A stretch of 64,000 bases of DNA, from the NCBI GenBank assembly GCA_963590075.1, contig CAVANK010000001.1:5394-69393 (forward strand), in the 5' to 3' direction. The notes beneath the pieces were generated by a model. The model searched no databases and was not told the origin of the DNA. It worked only from the letters and a program-made list of their open reading frames with translations. This document shows positions 26,707 through 32,405 of this stretch, one piece after another. Source of the DNA: Eshraghiella crossota. Lineage in GTDB: Bacteria; Bacillota; Clostridia; Christensenellales; CAG-917. Positions within the stretch are counted from its first letter, which is position 1. Every line of letters starts with the position of its first letter. The position numbers and the translations under genes are program-made.

Positions 26707-26830
26707 TCGCATCCTGTTTTTATATCTTTGATATCGATAAAATACAAAACCTTTCGTTTGCGTTTGCGTTCGTCAAAAGCCCGCAATCACTCCGATTTGC
26801 TTACAATTTTTGATATATTGCCAAGATATA

Positions 26831-26859
26831 TTGACGTTTTACGCATAGTTTGATACAAT
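26831..26859 (+). promoter_or_regulatory. sigma-A-type promoter of the recombinase gene
   Basis: TTGACG, 17 nt, TACAAT. The -35 overlaps the second of two GATATATTG direct repeats (26812-26820, 26825-26833). Confidence 0.5.
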
Positions 26860-26888
26860 TATCTTATCCAATCACGCGAGGAAAATTT

Positions 26889-27962
26889 ATGACAAACTAT
26901 TTCACCGAAAGGGACAAATACCTTGCAAAGCGTTTGCGCGTTTTGAGAGACCAACTTCCAGAGTTTTGCGAGGAGTTTTTTGTGGGTATCGAACCGCAGA
27001 CTTCACCGCTTACGAGGCTCAATTATGCGTACGATTTGCGCATATTCTTTGACTATTTGCTCAAAAACGTGCGTGCTTTCAGAGATTATAAGGACGTTTA
27101 CGATTTCGTCGTAGAGGATTTGTCAAAAATCACTCTCGGCAACTTGGAAGCATACGTGGAATACCTCTCTTATTACGAGTTTGAAGGCAAAGAATACACC
27201 AACGCCGAGAAAGGCAAAGCGCGCAAACTTTCCACTATCCGCACCTTTTTCAAGTACTATTTCAATCACGACCGTATTCCGTCCAACGTATCGGCAAAAC
27301 TCACTATGCCCAAACTTCACGACAAGGACATTATCCGCCTTGAAAAAAAGGAAGTCGAACGCATACTCGACGCGGCGGAAACGGGCAACGGTATGACGGA
27401 ACATCAGCGCAAAATTCAACGCAACACTCGTGCGCGCGATTACGCAATCGTGACGTTGCTTTTGGGTACGGGCATACGTGTCAGTGAGTGCGTGGGGCTC
27501 AATCTCAACGATATAGATTTTGAGACAAACGCCTTCACTGTCACTCGAAAAGGCGGAAATCAAGCCATTTTGTACTTCGGAGACGAAGTTCGCGACGCAC
27601 TTTTGACCTATATCGACACCGAGCGCAAGGCACTTATAGACAGATGTCAAAAGATAAACACGGGAGACAACGACGCGCTGTTCTTGTCGCTACAAGTCAA
27701 GCGTATTTGCGTGCGTGCGGTGGAAAACATCGTCAAAAAGTACGCTCAAACCGCCGCTCCGCTCAAAAAAATATCTCCGCACAAACTTCGTAGCACGTAC
27801 GGAACGAACCTATACCGCGCCACGGGTGATATATATCTCGTTGCCGACGTATTGGGACACCGAGACGTCAACACCACAAAAAAACACTACGCCGCAATCG
27901 AGGAAGATCACCGCAAACTTGCCGCAAAGGTAGTCAAACTTCGTAGCAACGACGACGATTAA
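26889..27962 (+). CDS. tyrosine site-specific recombinase (XerC/XerD/phage-integrase family)
   Basis: 357 aa from the ATG at 26889 (GAGGA RBS). N-terminal SAM-like domain. Catalytic R (TGIRVSE), HxxR (HKLRST), H...Y (GHRDVNTTKKHY). Confidence 0.85.
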   Translation: MTNYFTERDKYLAKRLRVLRDQLPEFCEEFFVGIEPQTSPLTRLNYAYDLRIFFDYLLKNVRAFRDYKDVYDFVVEDLSKITLGNLEAYVEYLSYYEFEGKEYTNAEKGKARKLSTIRTFFKYYFNHDRIPSNVSAKLTMPKLHDKDIIRLEKKEVERILDAAETGNGMTEHQRKIQRNTRARDYAIVTLLLGTGIRVSECVGLNLNDIDFETNAFTVTRKGGNQAILYFGDEVRDALLTYIDTERKALIDRCQKINTGDNDALFLSLQVKRICVRAVENIVKKYAQTAAPLKKISPHKLRSTYGTNLYRATGDIYLVADVLGHRDVNTTKKHYAAIEEDHRKLAAKVVKLRSNDDD

Positions 27963-28147
27963 AACCAATACCGTTAAATTTGCGATACTAAATCACAAAA
28001 TCGGCTCGTTTTACAGTCGCAATCGCAAAAAAATCGGCTCAAATTGCCGTGCTCAATCGAAAATAAACTTACTCGATTTGCAGTATGCCGTCGCAAAAAA
28101 CGGCTAACTTGCACGATAGGATTTGTATAATACACCGATTTCAACCA

Positions 28148-28180
28148 CCGACGGAATGCCATTCTGTCGGTTTTACTTTT
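28148..28180 (+). terminator. rho-independent terminator downstream of the recombinase gene
   Basis: ACCGACGGAATG / CATTCTGTCGGT stem (one G-T pair) followed by TTTTACTTTT. Confidence 0.6.
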
Positions 28181-28214
28181 ATATTTGACAAAATTCGCTA
28201 TTTTTCCAATATAA

Positions 28215-28258
28215 ACTATTATCTAATATTGACTATTTTATAATAGTTTGCTAAAATT
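28215..28258 (+). promoter_or_regulatory. promoter of the PadR-like gene with an overlapping inverted repeat (candidate autoregulatory operator)
   Basis: TTGACT (28230-28235), 17 nt, TAAAAT (28253-28258). A 9-bp inverted repeat AACTATTAT (28215-28223) / ATAATAGTT (28241-28249) brackets the -35. Confidence 0.55.
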
Positions 28259-28284
28259 ATTATATTAAATTTCGGAGCAACTAT

Positions 28285-30246
28285 ATGGATATTTCTTCGG
28301 TCAACAGCGACCTCATACGCGGTAACGTCACGACAATCATTCTCGGTTGTCTGTGGGAAGGCGACAAGTACGGCTATGAGATTATGAAAGAAATCGAGGA
28401 CAAGAGCAATTCGCAATACGTCCTCAAACAAGCCACTCTTTACAATCAGCTCAAACGACTTGAAAAGCAAGGGCTCGTTTCCTCATACGACGGCAATCCC
28501 GACGATACCGGCGGTGGCAAACGCAGATACTATTCCCTCACGGGCGAAGGCAAAGCCTATCTCAAAAAGGAAAAGAGCGAATACGAGTATTCGCGCACCA
28601 TTTTGGACAAACTCGTTTCGGCGCAAGAGTACGACTTCACCGCGCCTATTCCCTTCGATGCGAGCGAATTGCGCCCCTACGCCAAACGCGACACCGAAGA
28701 CAAGCCCAAAGTGGTTTATAAGGAAAAACTCGTCGAGAAAAAAGTTTTCTTTGACCGCTACGGCAACGAAGTGAGCGAAGAGGACGCCGACGCACTCAAA
28801 GAAAAGGCACTTGCCGACGACGAGCAAGCACGCCTCACCGAAGAACAACTCAAAAAAGCGGAAGACGACGCCCGCCAAAAGGACGAGCAACTTCGCTTGA
28901 AAGAGGAGCAAGCTCAAGAAAATGCCGAAAAATTGCGTCAACAAGAGGAAGAAGCTCGCCAAAAGGACGAGCAATTGCGCCAAACGGAAGAGCAATTGAG
29001 AAAGTCCGAAGAAGACCGCCAATTCGTCAAATCTATGCTCCGTCAAATGGAAGAAGAAAAGATGCGTGCCGAAGAGCAAAAGCGTCTTGAAGAAGAGGAA
29101 CGCAAGCGCAAAGAGGAAGAAGAGCAAAAACGCCTTGCCGAAGAAGCGGAGCGCAAACGCCAAGAGCAAGCAAAACCCGCTCAAACTCTTGAAGAAATGT
29201 TTGCCAAACTCGATGCGGAGAGCGAATACAATCGTGGCGAACAACCTCTTCATGTATATCACTACGACAACGTTCAGCCTCAAGAGCATACATACCTCAA
29301 CGGCTACAACGCTCAACCCGAACAAACCACGGGACGCGCGCAAACGTCGCTCAAAGACATTTTCAAGCAACTTGACGAAAAAGAGGCTCAAATAGACGAC
29401 AAACTTGCCAAAGAGCAAGAGGAGCAACAAGCTATCGAGGCGCAACGCATTGCCGAGCAACGAGCGATGCAAACCGCACAAGAGCAAGCTTACGCCCCCA
29501 CCCCGCAATCCGACGCGCACTATATGCCTGCCGAGATCGAAACTCGCAATCAAGCGTACGACGAACCGAGCGATAAAGGCAAATTCGTGACGTCCGCGGT
29601 CGTCAATCGTCAAGAAGGCGGATTTGAATACGAAAAAGACGACGTCAACTATCGCGAATTCTTCGTATCTCTTGCCGACCAAAATCAAAAAGAAGAGGTC
29701 AAAGAGGAAAAACCGCAACAACAAGAGTATTCCGACAGCGACATCAAGACGAGATTGTATGCAAAGGGCTTCAAAATCCGCCCGTACGACAGAGGCAACA
29801 CCTCGGAGTACTACACGTTCAACTTCATACAATCCAATCGTCTCAACCGCGATACTTTCCTCATCATTCTTGCGTTCTTCGTCGCAGAAGTCGCAATTAT
29901 GTGGCTATCGCTGTTTTCAAGAATAAGCTACGCTTATTTCTTGCCGATTTTGCTCGTGGGAAGCGCGCTTTGCCTCATTCCGACGGTTATCTATATGATG
30001 AACCCGACAAGGCGCAAACGTGCCAATTTCAATTTCAAACTGTCAATTCTCAACCGCACGATGTTGTTTATAGAATTGACCGTGGTATGTATCCTCATCG
30101 GCTTCTTCGGACTCGGAGCAAACGTCAACGATATGGATCTCATTCTTATGTCGATAATACTTCCGATGGTGCTCCTCACCAACCTCCCGTTGAGCTCTCT
30201 CATCTACTGGTTGCTTTACAGAACCAGAAAATACCATACTGCATAG
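28285..30246 (+). CDS. PadR-family winged-helix domain fused to a long E/K/Q coiled-coil region and a C-terminal 4-TM anchor
   Basis: 653 aa. N-terminal ~100 aa are PadR-like (GYEIMKEI...ATLYNQLKRLEKQGLV...RRYYSLTGEG). aa ~170-330 are heptad-like EEQLR/ARQKDEQLR repeats. The last ~115 aa have four hydrophobic helices. Confidence 0.75.
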   Translation: MDISSVNSDLIRGNVTTIILGCLWEGDKYGYEIMKEIEDKSNSQYVLKQATLYNQLKRLEKQGLVSSYDGNPDDTGGGKRRYYSLTGEGKAYLKKEKSEYEYSRTILDKLVSAQEYDFTAPIPFDASELRPYAKRDTEDKPKVVYKEKLVEKKVFFDRYGNEVSEEDADALKEKALADDEQARLTEEQLKKAEDDARQKDEQLRLKEEQAQENAEKLRQQEEEARQKDEQLRQTEEQLRKSEEDRQFVKSMLRQMEEEKMRAEEQKRLEEEERKRKEEEEQKRLAEEAERKRQEQAKPAQTLEEMFAKLDAESEYNRGEQPLHVYHYDNVQPQEHTYLNGYNAQPEQTTGRAQTSLKDIFKQLDEKEAQIDDKLAKEQEEQQAIEAQRIAEQRAMQTAQEQAYAPTPQSDAHYMPAEIETRNQAYDEPSDKGKFVTSAVVNRQEGGFEYEKDDVNYREFFVSLADQNQKEEVKEEKPQQQEYSDSDIKTRLYAKGFKIRPYDRGNTSEYYTFNFIQSNRLNRDTFLIILAFFVAEVAIMWLSLFSRISYAYFLPILLVGSALCLIPTVIYMMNPTRRKRANFNFKLSILNRTMLFIELTVVCILIGFFGLGANVNDMDLILMSIILPMVLLTNLPLSSLIYWLLYRTRKYHTA

Positions 30247-30309
30247 CAAAAATCGTCGAAGTGGCAATGGCAACACGCACTCGTGCGTATTGCCAATAGC
30301 CACTCTTGA

Positions 30310-30525
30310 TTTATTGCTCTACTACCGCGCAACCGATACACGCTATCAGTTCGTGCAAGGATAAAACTCCCGCCACAGTTGCGCTATATCGCTTGCTTGG
30401 TGTTTCGGCTACCGCCTAAATTGCCACGCTACCGCTCGCAATGATATGGAATATTCCACTTGTCATTCCGAGGAGCAACGATAGTTGCACCGTGGGAATC
30501 CAGCGTAGCGCAAAAAATATCACTA
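30310..30525. repeat. mosaic intergenic repeat, locus E (upstream of the tRNA-Trp promoter)
   Basis: Collinear with 23360-23560. The 31 nt at 30373-30403 match 23469-23499 with 1 mismatch. Long hairpin at 30435-30472 around the palindrome GGAATATTCC. Ends with a single AATATCACT (30516-30524). Confidence 0.8.
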
Positions 30526-30561
30526 TATGATGACAAAGTAAAACTAATTGGGCTCAAATTA

Positions 30562-30590
30562 TTGACTAAAATAAATACAGTTGATATAAT
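30562..30590 (+). promoter_or_regulatory. consensus-like sigma-A promoter of tRNA-Trp
   Basis: TTGACT, 17 nt, TATAAT, ~22 nt upstream of the tRNA 5' end. Confidence 0.7.
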
Positions 30591-30612
30591 ATTTAAGCAT
30601 TAAATCTCACAA

Positions 30613-30687
30613 AGGGGAGTGGCTCAACGGTAGAGCAACGGTCTCCAAAACCGTTGGTTGCGTGTTCGAATCGCGTCTCCCCTGCCA
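30613..30687 (+). tRNA. tRNA-Trp (anticodon CCA)
   Basis: Acceptor AGGGGAG/CTCCCCT, anticodon loop CTCCAAA, T-loop TTCGAAT, encoded CCA. Confidence 0.9.
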
Positions 30688-31093
30688 CGAAGAAGTACTT
30701 TGGTACTTCTTCTTTTTTTGCAGTCTTTCCGCGATTAGAACACGCAACGCATACGCGACGGAACTACACTCCTTGCGTCTGCGGTTTCGTGTGACATTTC
30801 GTTTTGCAAATTACATTTGCACACTCCATTATTCCAGTCGCCTTGCGACCTCACGAATCGCGTCTCCCCTGCCACGAAGAAGTACTTTGGTACTTCTTCT
30901 TTTTTTGCAGTCTTTCCGCGATTAGAACACGCAACGCATACGCGACGGAACTACACTCCTTGCGTCTGCGGTTTCGTGTGACATTTCGTTTTGCAAATTA
31001 CATTTGCACACTCCATTATTCCAGTCGCCTTGCGACCTCACGAATCGCGTCTCCCCTGCCACGAAGAAGTACTTTGGTGCTTCTTCTTTTTTA
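30667..31093 (+). repeat. 187-bp tandem repeat (2 full identical units plus a ~50-bp third start), each beginning with the last 21 nt of tRNA-Trp
   Basis: Unit starts at 30667, 30854 and 31041. Units 1 and 2 matched at every base when compared by eye. Confidence 0.9.
30689..30719 (+). terminator. rho-independent terminator of tRNA-Trp (first of three copies)
   Basis: GAAGAAGTAC-TTTG-GTACTTCTTC followed by T7. Repeated at 30876-30906 and, with one stem change, at 31063-31093. Confidence 0.85.
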
Positions 31094-31108
31094 TATTTAA
31101 TATCTTTC

Positions 31109-31137
31109 TTGCAAACTTCCGCAATATTGTGTACAAT
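31109..31137 (+). promoter_or_regulatory. promoter of rnhA ending 6 nt before the start codon (possible leaderless mRNA)
   Basis: TTGCAA (31109-31114), 17 nt ending in TGTG, TACAAT (31132-31137). ATG at 31144, no SD. Confidence 0.5.
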
Positions 31138-31143
31138 GTAAAT

Positions 31144-31626
31144 ATGAAAAAGAAAGTTGAAATCTACACTGACGGTGCGTGTTCGGGCAATCCGGGCATT
31201 GGAGGCTGGGGTTGCGTTATGCTCTACAAAAGCCACAAAAAAGAGGCAAGCGGAGCGGAACAATCCACCACCAACAACCGCATGGAACTCACCGCCATCA
31301 TACAAGGGCTCAAAATGCTCAAAGAACCGTGCATCGTCACCGTATACAGTGACAGTGCCTATTCCGTCGAACCGTTTTTGCAAGGCTGGATAAACGGTTG
31401 GATTATGCGCGGTTGGCGCACGGCAAGCAAGGACGAAGTCAAAAACGTCGATTTGTGGAAGGAACTTCTCTCTCTTATGCAAATTCACGAGGTCAGTTTC
31501 GTCAAGGTCAAAGGACACGCCGACAACGAGCTCAACAACCGTTGCGACTACCTTGCCCGCACCGCGATTAAGGATTTGCAAAAGACTCTGCCGACCACCC
31601 TTCCGTCTATTCCAGACGGCATTTAA
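31144..31626 (+). CDS. rnhA: ribonuclease HI
   Basis: 160 aa, RNase H motifs (IYTDGACSGNPG, NNRMELTA, SDSAY, GHADNELNNRCD). Start trimmed from the ORF-track 30991, which reads through the repeat. Confidence 0.9.
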   Translation: MKKKVEIYTDGACSGNPGIGGWGCVMLYKSHKKEASGAEQSTTNNRMELTAIIQGLKMLKEPCIVTVYSDSAYSVEPFLQGWINGWIMRGWRTASKDEVKNVDLWKELLSLMQIHEVSFVKVKGHADNELNNRCDYLARTAIKDLQKTLPTTLPSIPDGI

Positions 31627-31683
31627 TACGATTAGATGTCGCAAAAAACGACAAATACCACTCAGAAACCAAGGAGGCACAAT

Positions 31684-32166
31684 ATGAAAAAATTCAACGT
31701 AAAACATTTGTATTGGATGATTCCCACACTTGTTATTGCCATCGTTTTGCTCGTGCTTGAATGCCTTCCCAACGGCGTAGAAATGAAATTTATGTGGCCT
31801 ACTGACGGCGATACGTTTGCATCGAAAACCGATTATTATCCGTATTTTAACGATATGCCCTTCGGATACGGCAATTTCGCGCCGATATTTATCGGAATAT
31901 TTACGATTGCGGTCATAATACTTTGTATAACCAATATATTTGTTTACAAAAAAGGCATAGATATCGCAATCGTAGTTTTGAACGCACTCAAACTTATCGG
32001 AAGCGCAGTTGAATTTATCTTCTCTCGCACTGCAATAAACTGGGCGGTATTTGCACTCTCAATCGTGTTTACGGTTTATAGTTCGGTTGAGCTTGCGTTT
32101 AGGATAAAGTCCGAAAAGTCCACCGCTTCCCCGACCGATACGCCGATTGACGTGCCACAAGACTAA
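31684..32166 (+). CDS. hypothetical 4-TM membrane protein
   Basis: 160 aa from the ATG at 31684 (AAGGAGG RBS). Hydrophobic helices, no family recognised. Confidence 0.55.
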   Translation: MKKFNVKHLYWMIPTLVIAIVLLVLECLPNGVEMKFMWPTDGDTFASKTDYYPYFNDMPFGYGNFAPIFIGIFTIAVIILCITNIFVYKKGIDIAIVVLNALKLIGSAVEFIFSRTAINWAVFALSIVFTVYSSVELAFRIKSEKSTASPTDTPIDVPQD

Positions 32167-32275
32167 ATCTTATAATTGAAAATCTAAATATCTATTATAG
32201 ACTACATAAGTCATTAAATTGCGCGTAGCAAGGCTATACATATTATTATGTGACATATAATGCTTTGTATATTAT

Positions 32276-32300
32276 AAAACCGCCGACAAACGGCGGTTTT
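32276..32300. terminator. bidirectional rho-independent terminator between convergent genes
   Basis: AAAACCGCCG-ACAAA-CGGCGGTTTT: an A-run before and a T-run after. Confidence 0.75.
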
Positions 32301-32351
32301 AATACATCTCGCTCAGTTTTATAATTATTGATGAGCTAATTTTACATACGT

Positions 32352-32385
32352 AAAAGCGTCGCATTTTGCGACGCTTTCGTTTTTA
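32352..32385. terminator. second terminator hairpin between convergent genes
   Basis: AAAGCGTCGCA / TGCGACGCTTT stem, flanked by AAAA and CGTTTTT. 20 nt downstream of the ispH/rpsA stop. Confidence 0.65.
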
Positions 32386-32405
32386 TTTATTAAGGATTTT
32401 TCAAA

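Noticed and set aside
28483-29832. 449-aa antisense ORF opposite the PadR-fusion gene, and similar long antisense ORFs (for example 452..1078, 2725..4002, 32619..33950, 49279..50298, 59196..60416, 30922..31707)
   Set aside because: Each lies entirely opposite a gene with clear family motifs. Their products are low-complexity (L/F/R-rich) with no recognisable domains, which is typical of shadow ORFs.
25930-30612. Calling the tRNA-to-tRNA interval a prophage or genomic island
   Set aside because: It holds only a recombinase and one accessory-looking gene. There are no phage, conjugation, excisionase or replication genes and no clear direct-repeat att pair flanking the interval. It is kept as a hypothesis only.
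30662-31100. ORFs 30662..30925 and 30804..31100 (87 and 98 aa) and the 30991 start of the rnhA ORF
   Set aside because: They read through the tRNA-Trp 3' end, terminator hairpins and the 187-bp tandem repeat. Their near-identical peptides merely reflect the DNA repeat. rnhA homology starts at the ATG at 31144.
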